A stretch of 64,000 nt of DNA from Bacillota bacterium (GTDB lineage: Bacteria > Bacillota > Sulfobacillia > Sulfobacillales > JAIMBI01), in contig JAJZYZ010000010.1 of assembly GCA_021797815.1 (NCBI GenBank), positions 347-64,346 on the forward strand, in the 5' to 3' direction. The notes under the pieces were generated by a model. The model was not told the origin of the DNA, did no database searches, and saw nothing but the letters and a program-made list of their open reading frames with translations. The translations under genes were made by a program, and so were the position numbers. Of the stretch, positions 34,852 through 43,577 are shown in pieces. How positions within the stretch are numbered: the stretch's first letter is position 1; each line of letters starts with the position of its first letter.

Positions 34852-36123
34852 TCAGGCCTTGGCCCGCGGGTTGAGGTGCAGATCGGTGCCGACCGTAATT
34901 TTTATATCAAGCCCGGGGTAGTCATGATAGGGGCTTTCCGTCACGACCGTACTGCCGGGTGGCCCAAGCGCGGCGGCCAGGCGGTTGGCGAGGTAGGCAT
35001 CGCCCGTAAAGTCCAAGATCGTGTTCTGCGTCTGAGCGTGCGAATTACCCCACAGGACGCCTGTCACGGTGAACCCTTGGGAGCGGAGCCAGGCGGCCAC
35101 CTGGTCCGCCGGAGCGAGCGAGGTGGTCCCGCTCTCGACAATCACATGGACCGTCTGCCGCAGGGCAGGGGTCAAGGGTTCGTTCAGCACGTACTCACGC
35201 ACCATCAGCGGGATGAGGGACTGGTCAAGGACCCAATAGTCCAGCATCTGGTGCATGTAGGGATCCATGGCCGTGATGGGATGGCCGGGAAGCGTCCCGT
35301 ACTTCACCTGATTCAGATGGACGTGCGTCCCGAGAAGCCCGAGCGCCAGCATCTGGGTGGTGCTGAGATTGGTGTATACGATGTCCTGGCGCAGCATGCT
35401 GACCACACTCGGGATGTGGGTCAGGTAGCGGGGCGAGAGGAGCTTCTTCAGTATGAGCTTCACGATGTACTGCTGCTGCTGAATACGGCTGATGTCGCCA
35501 AGCGGCTCGGCCCGGAAGCGCACATACTCCAAAACCTGGCGGCCGTTCAGATGCTGCACCCCGGGCTTCAGGTGAATGTCGAGCGGGCTTCCGGTGCCGC
35601 CGTAGTTCATTGCCTGGGTGACGTCCACGGTCAGACCGCCGATGCTGTTGATGATCTTCTCAAAGTTGAACATCGTGGTCTCCATGTAGTAGTCCACGGG
35701 GACGTGCAGGGTCTGCTCGACCAGCTTCACGGCCAGTTTCGGCCCGCCGAAATAATTGGCCTCGTTGATTTTGGTAAGACCCACCTTGGGGATATAGACC
35801 CGCGAGTCGCGAGGGATGGACAGGACTGACGCGGAATCCGTCTCCGGATTGATGCTGACGAGCATCATGGTGTCGGTGCGGTCGCGGACATACGGATTGG
35901 TGACGTCATGGTTATTGATAATCGCAAGCGCGTTGCCGAGCAGCAGGATGGTGATGCGATGCCGGAAGGCCGGTGGATTCTTGGCCTCAACTTTATGTGA
36001 AAATGCGCCCTGGAATGAAACCAAGTGGCGCACGTACAAACCCCCTGCCAGCATGAGGGCCAGCACGCCGCCTACAACAACGGGCCACACCCGTCGCTTC
36101 CTGCCCGGTTCTGCGGTTTTCAT
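34852..36123 (-). CDS. LytR-CpsA-Psr (LCP) family cell-envelope phosphotransferase
   Basis: N-terminal TM anchor, RTDTMMLVSINP...SIPRDS...KINEA LCP core, and a C-terminal LytR_C-like domain. Confidence 0.85.
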   Translation of the reverse strand: MKTAEPGRKRRVWPVVVGGVLALMLAGGLYVRHLVSFQGAFSHKVEAKNPPAFRHRITILLLGNALAIINNHDVTNPYVRDRTDTMMLVSINPETDSASVLSIPRDSRVYIPKVGLTKINEANYFGGPKLAVKLVEQTLHVPVDYYMETTMFNFEKIINSIGGLTVDVTQAMNYGGTGSPLDIHLKPGVQHLNGRQVLEYVRFRAEPLGDISRIQQQQYIVKLILKKLLSPRYLTHIPSVVSMLRQDIVYTNLSTTQMLALGLLGTHVHLNQVKYGTLPGHPITAMDPYMHQMLDYWVLDQSLIPLMVREYVLNEPLTPALRQTVHVIVESGTTSLAPADQVAAWLRSQGFTVTGVLWGNSHAQTQNTILDFTGDAYLANRLAAALGPPGSTVVTESPYHDYPGLDIKITVGTDLHLNPRAKA

Positions 36124-36271
36124 CCTGATTTACTGAACGCCACCGAGAGGATGGACGTCACCCCTCGCCTCTTCATATTTGGTTTTTCGGGAAAGCTTAT
36201 CACAACTCGCCAGGTCCGCCATGCCGATACCGGGACTTTTCCATGTCACACCCGCTCTTGTACCAGCAGGC

Positions 36272-37765
36272 TCAGGGCACCGGCGCCGTTCCATCGTCAG
36301 GCCATCGGCTGGTCACCACCCGAAGCTCGGTATAAAACCGGTATCCATCGGTGCCGGTCGCATGCAGGTCACCATAAAATGACGTCTTCCAGCCGGCAAA
36401 GGGGAAGATGGCCACCGGGGCCGCCACACCCACGTTCACGCCCACCATGCCCGCCTCGATATGATCGCGAAAGTACCGTGCCGCCCGGCCCGAGCGGGTA
36501 TAGATGGAGGCGGTGTTGCCAAAGGCGGACGTGTTGGCCAATGCCACCGCCGCTCCCAGATCCGGCACCCGGATCACACTCAGCACCGGTCCGAAAATCT
36601 CCTCGCGGGCGATGGTCATATCCGCCCTCACATGATCAAACAGCGTCGGCCCGAGAAAGAATCCCTCACCGGCAAACCGATCCCGGCGCCCGTCGCGCAC
36701 CAGACTGGCCCCTTCGCGCTCCCCGCTTTCGATAAAACCGATGACCCGGTCCCGATGCTCGCGGCGGATGAGAGGTCCCATCTCGGTTCCGGCCTGCGTG
36801 CCGGGACCCACCCGAAGATGGTCACCGGCCGCCTGAAGCGCGGCGACCAGCGGGTCGGCCACGTCGCCCACCGCCAGCACCACCGAGCAGGCCAGACAGC
36901 GCTCGCCGGCCGATCCATACCCCGAGCTCACGAGGCCCCGCACCGCATCGTCCAGGACGGCATCCGGCATGACCACATGAAAGTTTTTGGCGCCGCCAAG
37001 CGCCTGCACGCGCTTGTGCCGAGAAGCCGCGGTTTCGTACACATGGCGCGCGACCGGCTCCGAGCCGACAAATGACACGGCCCGCACATCGGGATGGGCC
37101 AGGATGGCGGATGCGGTGCCGGCTCCCCCATGCACCACGTTCAAGACTCCCGGCGGGAGACCGGCGGCCGTCAGCAGCTCGGCCAGGCGAAGAGCCGTCC
37201 GCGGGGTGCGCTCCGACGGCTTCAGGACGAACGTGTTGCCGGCTACCAGCGCAATCGGGAACATCCAGAGCGGAATCATGGCCGGGAAATTGAAGGGCGT
37301 GAGCCCGGCCACCACCCCAAGCGGCACCCGCACCATCTCCACGTCCACGCCGTGGGCGATGTTGGCCACCACCTCGCCCTTCATCACCGAGGGTGCGCTC
37401 GCGGCCAGTTCGACCACTTCAATTCCCCGCCCCACCTCCGCATAGGCATCGTCGAGAACCTTGCCATGCTCGTCGGTGACCGAGCGCGCCAGCTCCTCAT
37501 GCGCCTGTTCCAGGAGGTCCCGATAGCGGAACATCACCCGGGCCCGCTCCATGATGGGGGTGGCGGCCCAGTCCGGAAATGCGCGCCGGGCGGCAGCCAC
37601 CGCATCTTCGAGCGCCCGGCTGTCGTCCATGGCCACGCGGGCCGTCGCCTCGCCTGTGGCGGGATTATAGACCGGCATCCACTCCGAGGCCACGGGCGCG
37701 CGAAAGCCGCCGTCGATATAGTGCGGAAGGAGGCTCTCCGGGACCGACGGCGCCCCCGTCCTCAT
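36272..37765 (-). CDS. mmsA: CoA-acylating methylmalonate-semialdehyde dehydrogenase
   Basis: ALDH fold with FNFPAMIPLWMFPIALVAGNTFVLKPSE and catalytic-Cys region GERCLA. ATG at 37765 overlaps the upstream stop as ATGA. Confidence 0.85.
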   Translation of the reverse strand: MRTGAPSVPESLLPHYIDGGFRAPVASEWMPVYNPATGEATARVAMDDSRALEDAVAAARRAFPDWAATPIMERARVMFRYRDLLEQAHEELARSVTDEHGKVLDDAYAEVGRGIEVVELAASAPSVMKGEVVANIAHGVDVEMVRVPLGVVAGLTPFNFPAMIPLWMFPIALVAGNTFVLKPSERTPRTALRLAELLTAAGLPPGVLNVVHGGAGTASAILAHPDVRAVSFVGSEPVARHVYETAASRHKRVQALGGAKNFHVVMPDAVLDDAVRGLVSSGYGSAGERCLACSVVLAVGDVADPLVAALQAAGDHLRVGPGTQAGTEMGPLIRREHRDRVIGFIESGEREGASLVRDGRRDRFAGEGFFLGPTLFDHVRADMTIAREEIFGPVLSVIRVPDLGAAVALANTSAFGNTASIYTRSGRAARYFRDHIEAGMVGVNVGVAAPVAIFPFAGWKTSFYGDLHATGTDGYRFYTELRVVTSRWPDDGTAPVP

Positions 37766-39114
37766 TCGACCGGCACCCGTGTCGGCGTCACCGAGCGGAG
37801 CTCGGGGTGGCATCCGTACACGTGCCGCACCGTATCGGCCAGAATCGCCAACGCCTCTCCTACCTCTGCGGGCGGAACCGTCATCGGCGGAGCGACCCGG
37901 ATCGTGTTGCCGTAGAGGCCGCCGCGTCCCACCAGGAGACCCCGCTCTCTCGCACCCTCCATGACCTCATCGGCCAGATCGGGCGCCGGCGCCTTGTCCT
38001 GCCGCACCATTTCCATGCCCTGCATGAGCCCCCGCCCGCGCACGTCGCCCACGGCCGGGTAGCGGTCAGAGATTTCCTCCAGACCGGCGCGCAGCTCGGT
38101 GCCCCGTGCCCGCGCATTGTCCATCAGGTGCTCTTCGTCCATCACGTCAAGCGTGGCCAGAGCCGCCCGCATCGACAGGGGGTTGCCGCCGAAGGTCGAG
38201 ATGGTCGGACCCCGATAGTGACGGCCCACATCCTGCGTGGTTATGGCGGCCCCGATGGGGAGGCCGTTGGCAAGCCCCTTCGCAAAGGTCATGATGTCCG
38301 GTTCTACCCCGTAGTAGCTGATGCCGAAGGCGTATCCGGTGCGGCCAAAGCCCGTCTGCACCTCGTCGTCGATGAAGAGAGCGCCATGTCGGCGCACGAT
38401 CCCCACCGCCTTTTCGAAATACGGCGCTGGCGGGGTGATGAATCCGCCGACCCCTTGAATCGGCTCCGCCACCAGCGCAGCCGGGCGGCCATTGGTCGAG
38501 GTGGCGATGAGCTCTTCCAAGTCTTCGGCGCACTCAAGCGCGCATGTGTCGGGCGTCCGCTTGACCGGGCACCGATAGCAGTACGGACTCATCGCGTGCC
38601 GGATGGGCAATGCCCCCACCCCCTGCCGCCAGGGCGCCTGTCCGGTGAGGCCCATGCCAAGCTGGGAGCGGCCCGAGTAGCTGTGCCGGAGCGCGATGAT
38701 CTCACTCGCGCCAGTCGCCTGCTGGGCCAGCGCCACGGCGGTCTCGTTGGCTTCCGTGCCGCTGGTCGTGAAGAAGCTCTGCGAAAGCCCACCGGGGGTC
38801 ATGGCGGCCAAGCGTTCGGCCAGATCCAGCATCGGTGCGGTGATATATTCCGTCGACGTATGCACGAGCGTGCGCGCCTGCTCGCTCACAGCCGCCGCTA
38901 CGGCCGGGTGCGCGTGACCGATGGAGACCGTCAGGATGCCGCCAAAGAAATCGAGATAGCGCGTGCCGCGATCATCGGTAACATGGGTGCCGGAGCCTTC
39001 TACCAGAACCAGGGGATCCTGATAGTAGAGACCGACGCCGGGAACCAGATAGCGGCGCTGCGCCGCCAAAAACTCCTCATGGCTCCGCCGCCTGTCCACC
39101 GCCGTTTTGGCCAC
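37762..39114 (-). CDS. class-III (omega) PLP-dependent aminotransferase
   Basis: FTTSGTEANE, DEVQTGFGRTG and TFAKGLANG (PLP lysine). GTG at 39114 lies 6 nt after AGGAAGGGA. Confidence 0.85.
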   Translation of the reverse strand: MAKTAVDRRRSHEEFLAAQRRYLVPGVGLYYQDPLVLVEGSGTHVTDDRGTRYLDFFGGILTVSIGHAHPAVAAAVSEQARTLVHTSTEYITAPMLDLAERLAAMTPGGLSQSFFTTSGTEANETAVALAQQATGASEIIALRHSYSGRSQLGMGLTGQAPWRQGVGALPIRHAMSPYCYRCPVKRTPDTCALECAEDLEELIATSTNGRPAALVAEPIQGVGGFITPPAPYFEKAVGIVRRHGALFIDDEVQTGFGRTGYAFGISYYGVEPDIMTFAKGLANGLPIGAAITTQDVGRHYRGPTISTFGGNPLSMRAALATLDVMDEEHLMDNARARGTELRAGLEEISDRYPAVGDVRGRGLMQGMEMVRQDKAPAPDLADEVMEGARERGLLVGRGGLYGNTIRVAPPMTVPPAEVGEALAILADTVRHVYGCHPELRSVTPTRVPVE

Positions 39115-39235
39115 GGAAAATCCCTTCCTTAATAAAGCGCGTTAACCTCGGATAACGGGGAGAGACGCATTTTCTCTCTGGGGATACATTCGAGCCGGAG
39201 GGCCGGACACCTTCGCAGCCGACATCTCTCGCCGT

Positions 39236-39269
39236 GCCGGCGGGGAGACGAGAGCATCTCCCCGCCGGC
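39236..39269. other. perfect 13-bp GC-rich hairpin in divergent intergenic region
   Basis: GCCGGCGGGGAGA-cgagagca-TCTCCCCGCCGGC. No U-tract on either strand. Confidence 0.8.
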
Positions 39270-39443
39270 AACAGGACAGGGGGCGCCCATGCGTCCGATA
39301 CCGGGACCCACCTGTCCCAGACGACCGGCCCGCTTGGCTTTTCCTACAGTCCGAGGCCCGGCGGCGGGGAGAACATCCCGTGTCTGACTGCGAGAACGGC
39401 GCGGCCCACGGACGTCCGCCCGGCCCGGGCACGGGGCCGTCGG

Positions 39444-39479
39444 TTTACAAGACGATTTTGAACAGTGTATGGTTCAAAA
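39444..39479 (+). promoter_or_regulatory. candidate promoter with overlapping palindromic operator upstream of the nitroreductase gene
   Basis: TTTACA (39444-39449), 18-nt spacer, TATGGT (39468-39473). It is overlapped by the inverted repeat TTTTGAAC-N8-GTTCAAAA (39456-39479), in an AT-rich island. Confidence 0.4.
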
Positions 39480-39557
39480 CGATGACTATCGGTCCCGGAC
39501 CCGCTCTGCTGTCACGTCTGTCGCCCATCTGGTGCACCGCCTGTCGGGAGGAGAAGC

Positions 39558-40142
39558 ATGCTTTCGCTGTCTACACTGGTCGAGGAGCGTCGATCCGCCG
39601 CCCTGCTAGATCCCGAACTTCCCGGCCCGGACTTTGATGAGGTAAAGTCGCTAGTAGGGCTTGCCATTCTGGCTCCCAATCATAAGTACACGTTTCCGTG
39701 GCGCTTCCACGTGGCGTTCGGTGAGGATCGAAAAGAATTGGGTCGGTTGTTTGCCGAAGAGGCGCGTGCCCGTGACTGGGCCGCGGAAGGAACCGAGCAC
39801 CGCGAGGCCCAGAAGCTCCTGCGCGCGCCGGTGCTTATTTTCGTTGGTATGGTGACGGACCCGATTAACCCCATCCGGCGCCAGGAGGACCTCCTGGCGT
39901 GCGGGGCCGCGATCGAAAACCTCCTCTTGCTGTTTCAGGAACGAGGTTACGACGCCATGTGGCGCACCGGCCGCATGACCGCCAGCCAGGCCATCCCGGC
40001 CGCCCTCGGGTATGAGGCCGGGGAGGAGACCGTGGGCATCTTGTACGTCGGACGGCGGCCGGCTACCTTCTCGCCGCCCCCTCGCCGCCGGCCACCGGTC
40101 GATGACGTGATTTCGTGCGGCCTCGTCGGCGCCCGTTCGTGA
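39558..40142 (+). CDS. nitroreductase family protein
   Basis: RRSAALLD, APNHKYTFPWRF and LACGAAIENLLL match the nitroreductase-fold pattern. ATG follows GGGAGGAG. Confidence 0.8.
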   Translation: MLSLSTLVEERRSAALLDPELPGPDFDEVKSLVGLAILAPNHKYTFPWRFHVAFGEDRKELGRLFAEEARARDWAAEGTEHREAQKLLRAPVLIFVGMVTDPINPIRRQEDLLACGAAIENLLLLFQERGYDAMWRTGRMTASQAIPAALGYEAGEETVGILYVGRRPATFSPPPRRRPPVDDVISCGLVGARS

Positions 40143-40166
40143 CCGCCGCCCTGACAAGGAGGAGCT

Positions 40167-40889
40167 ATGTCAACGTCTGCCGTTGAGAGCACACATGCCC
40201 CGCCCGCCGCGCGTTCCATCCGCGAGGTGGTGTTTGGGGTCAATGATGGCCTCGTCTCCATCGCGGGGGTGATGGTGAGCGTCACCATCTCCAACATGAG
40301 CCGCCATGAGGTAGTGGTCGCCGGGTTTGCGGCCATGGTCGCCGCGACCGTCTCCATGGCGCTTGGTCAGTTTCTCTCGACACGCGCGGAGCACGAGTTC
40401 TTCCAGTCCGAGTGGGAACGAGAGATGCGTGAGGTGCGCGAGGTCCCGGACGAGGAACGCCGGGAGGTCGAGGAAATCCTGGTCAACAAGGGCTTTACGT
40501 CCGAGGAGGCCACCAACTTCACGAAGCGGCTCATGAAAGATGAGACCCAGTGGGTCGATTTCATGATGAAAGAGGAACTGGGCATCATGATGGAGGATTC
40601 GTCGCAGTCCTGGAAAGACGCCGTCGTCATGGCGCTTTCGGTGATTGCCGGGTCGCTGCCCCCCATCATCCCCTTCCTGCTGCCGATTCCGACGTCGTCG
40701 GCCCTCATGTGGAGCATCATCTGCGCAATCTCGGCCGCCTTCTTGCTGGGCACGCTGAAAGCCGTCGTGGCGCGCGGTTCCTGGTGGCGAAGCGGGATCC
40801 AGTTCCTCCTGGTCACCGGCGCGGCGGTGGCGGTCGGTGTGGTGGTGGGAAAGGCCCTCGGCGGTCTGGCTGGCGTCATTGGCGGGTAA
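40167..40889 (+). CDS. VIT1/CCC1 family iron/manganese transporter
   Basis: VFGVNDGLVSIAGVM, a central acidic cytoplasmic helical region (EWEREMREVREVPDEERREVEE), and C-terminal TM helices. Confidence 0.85.
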   Translation: MSTSAVESTHAPPAARSIREVVFGVNDGLVSIAGVMVSVTISNMSRHEVVVAGFAAMVAATVSMALGQFLSTRAEHEFFQSEWEREMREVREVPDEERREVEEILVNKGFTSEEATNFTKRLMKDETQWVDFMMKEELGIMMEDSSQSWKDAVVMALSVIAGSLPPIIPFLLPIPTSSALMWSIICAISAAFLLGTLKAVVARGSWWRSGIQFLLVTGAAVAVGVVVGKALGGLAGVIGG

Positions 40890-40990
40890 GAATCTAAAGG
40901 TTTTCTCACCGGCCGTCCATGACGACTTCACGTTCCTCCCCTACCCTACCGTCAGGTGACAGTCGGTAGCAGGCCTGGGGAGGAATGCTG

Positions 40991-42838
40991 ATGTGCGGGA
41001 TTGCCGGCGAGTGGATTACGCGTCCGTCGATGGCCGGCCCACCGGACATGCATTCCGTGCTGGGTGCGCTGGCGCGACTGCGCCACCGGGGGCCGGATGG
41101 CGAGGGCATGTATGCCGCCCACCGCGGCGTCATTGGCATGACCCGCCTGTCTGTCCGCGGGAGCGTCGACGCCGTGCCGCCCTACGTGTCGGAGGATGGA
41201 CACATAGGGGCCGTCATGAATGGGGAACTCTACAACTACGAAGAGTTGCGCGCGTTCGTCCTGGCGCGTGGCCACATGCTGAAGACGGGCGCGGACAGCG
41301 AGCTGCTTCCGCACCTCTACGAAGAGTGGGGAGCGGACATGCTGCCCCGCCTCACTGGCATGTTCGCGCTGGCGGTTCTGGACCGCTCACGGGGAAGCGT
41401 TCTCCTCGCCCGCGACCGACTCGGCTTGAAGCCCCTGTATTTGTGGGAAACCCCTGGCCGGCTCCGTTTTGCGTCCGAGCTGAAAGCGTTTGCGGCGTGG
41501 CCCGACTTCGCGCCTGAAATTGACGAAACCCTGATTCCCCGCTACCTCTTTCATCGCTACGTCCCCGCCCCCCGCACCCTCGTGCGCGGCGTAAGCAAGC
41601 TGCCGGCGGGGCACCGGCTCCGACCGCAGGACAGCCTCCATCCGCGCTCGGAGTCCTGGTGGACGCTGTCTGAGAGGCCGCTCCAGGTTCTGCCTACATC
41701 CATCGAGGACGCCGCCCGGACGCTGAAGACGCAGTGGACATCGGTCATGCACGAACATCTGGCCGCCGACCGACAGGTGGGCGTGATGCTCTCGAGCGGG
41801 GTTGACTCGGCCTGGGTGGCCTGGGCAGCGGCGCAGGAGACGCGGGGCCTTCCCGCGCTCACGCTTGGGCCCGGCGCCTCCCTCACGGCGGAGGACGAAT
41901 CGGGGGCGGCATCGCAGCTGGCCGCCGAACTTGGTCTCGTCTCCGTTCCGGTTCCGGTCAAAAGCGACGTCGAAAATCGCCTGCTCGCGGTGGCCGAGGC
42001 GCTGGACGAACCCCTAGGCGACCCGACGGTGCTCACATTTGACATGGTGGCGGAGGCGGCGCGCGAGCTTGGACTGACGGTCCTCCTGACCGGAGAAGGC
42101 GCCGACGAGGTCTTTGCCGGCTACCCCTCGTACGGAGAGGCGGCCTGGCTTGAGCGCCTGCGGCCGCTGGCCCTGGCCATCCGGCAGGCCCGCCTCGAGC
42201 GCCTGCTGGACGCCGACTGGCCGGGACTGCGTCGTCTTAGGAGCGCTCTCCATCCGGTGGAGAACCATTATGGGGGCGTGGGCGTGGTACGCCGGGCGCT
42301 CGATCCCGACATGCCCGGCGCGTCCATCATGCCGTGGGCGCAGCCCGGCCGCACCCGGCTGAAGTCGATGCTGGCCTTCGACCTCACCTGCTATCTTCCC
42401 GAGGACGTACTCACCAAGTGCGACCGGCTGGGCATGCGCCATCAGATCGAAGTGCGGGTGCCGTATCTCGATCATCGGATCGTCGAGTGGGCCTTCTCCC
42501 TGCCCGACCCGTGGCTGGTATCGGGGCAGAGAGGCAAGCGGGTCCTCCGGCAGGCCGCCTTCGACGGGCTCGGCCCCGTGGCCACGCGCCCCAAACTTGG
42601 TTTTCCCACGCCCCTTACCGAATGGCTGCAGGGGCCTCTTCATGATCTGGCGCACGATGTCCTGGCCTCGCAAGAGTGGCTTTCGGCGGGGGAACGCGAG
42701 CGGCTCTGGCAGACCTTCCAACTGCACCCGCGTGCGGCCTCGCGTGAACTCTACGCCGGGGTCATGCTCGGACTGTTCATACATGGTGTAGAATCCATGC
42801 GAACTGGGCGTGGGCGCCAGGAGCGGGCCGAAGGCTGA
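40991..42838 (+). CDS. asnB: asparagine synthase (glutamine-hydrolysing)
   Basis: MCGIAG Ntn nucleophile, with the start set so that Cys is residue 2. Also has the GADSELL region and the PP-loop SSGVDS in the synthetase domain. Confidence 0.9.
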   Translation: MCGIAGEWITRPSMAGPPDMHSVLGALARLRHRGPDGEGMYAAHRGVIGMTRLSVRGSVDAVPPYVSEDGHIGAVMNGELYNYEELRAFVLARGHMLKTGADSELLPHLYEEWGADMLPRLTGMFALAVLDRSRGSVLLARDRLGLKPLYLWETPGRLRFASELKAFAAWPDFAPEIDETLIPRYLFHRYVPAPRTLVRGVSKLPAGHRLRPQDSLHPRSESWWTLSERPLQVLPTSIEDAARTLKTQWTSVMHEHLAADRQVGVMLSSGVDSAWVAWAAAQETRGLPALTLGPGASLTAEDESGAASQLAAELGLVSVPVPVKSDVENRLLAVAEALDEPLGDPTVLTFDMVAEAARELGLTVLLTGEGADEVFAGYPSYGEAAWLERLRPLALAIRQARLERLLDADWPGLRRLRSALHPVENHYGGVGVVRRALDPDMPGASIMPWAQPGRTRLKSMLAFDLTCYLPEDVLTKCDRLGMRHQIEVRVPYLDHRIVEWAFSLPDPWLVSGQRGKRVLRQAAFDGLGPVATRPKLGFPTPLTEWLQGPLHDLAHDVLASQEWLSAGERERLWQTFQLHPRAASRELYAGVMLGLFIHGVESMRTGRGRQERAEG

Positions 42839-42866
42839 AAGGGGCCGGCTGAAGGAGGACCGACAC

Positions 42867-43577
42867 GTGCAAGTGCTCTTGATTGAAGATGACGCATCGG
42901 TGCGCCGCATCGTCGGGCTGGCCCTCGAGCATGCCGGCTTCATGGTGGTGCCGGAGGCGACCGGCCGTGACGGCGTCGCGGAGGCGATGCGCGGGGACTT
43001 TGACGTCATCGTGTTGGATCTGAACCTGCCCGACATGGACGGGATGGACGTCTGCCGTGCCATTCGCGCCGCCTGCTCCACCCGCATCCTGATGCTGACC
43101 GCCCGCGATTCCATCGATTCCCGGGTGGCGGGACTGGAGGCGGGAGCGGACGATTACCTGGTCAAGCCTTTTGCCCCTCGGGAACTGGTGGCGCGCGCCC
43201 GCGCCCTGGTGCGTCGTCCGGGCCCGGTGCGCTCGCCCGACCAGCCCATCGAGCTGGGACCGTGGCTCATTTTCCCGCGGAGCCGGCAGGTCACTGTTGG
43301 TGGGAGGGCGGTTGATCTTACGCGCCGCGAGTTTGACCTTCTCCTGTATCTGGTGGACAACCGCAACCTGACCGTGACCCGTGACATGGTTCTGGAACGG
43401 GTCTGGGGCTGGGGCTACGGCGGCGGATCCAACGTGGTCGACGTGTATATCGGCTATCTGCGCCAGAAGCTTGGCGCAGACGGCGAGCACGGCGACGGCG
43501 AACCCAAGATCGTGACGGTCCGCGGGATCGGATACCGCCTGGCCATCGCAGAGACCAGAGCTCCGGAGAGAGTGTGA
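42867..43577 (+). CDS. OmpR-family response regulator
   Basis: Receiver domain VLLIEDD...DVIVLDLNLPDMDG...KPF and a winged-helix C-terminus VRGIGYRL. GTG at 42867 lies 8 nt after GAAGGAGG. Confidence 0.9.
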   Translation: MQVLLIEDDASVRRIVGLALEHAGFMVVPEATGRDGVAEAMRGDFDVIVLDLNLPDMDGMDVCRAIRAACSTRILMLTARDSIDSRVAGLEAGADDYLVKPFAPRELVARARALVRRPGPVRSPDQPIELGPWLIFPRSRQVTVGGRAVDLTRREFDLLLYLVDNRNLTVTRDMVLERVWGWGYGGGSNVVDVYIGYLRQKLGADGEHGDGEPKIVTVRGIGYRLAIAETRAPERV

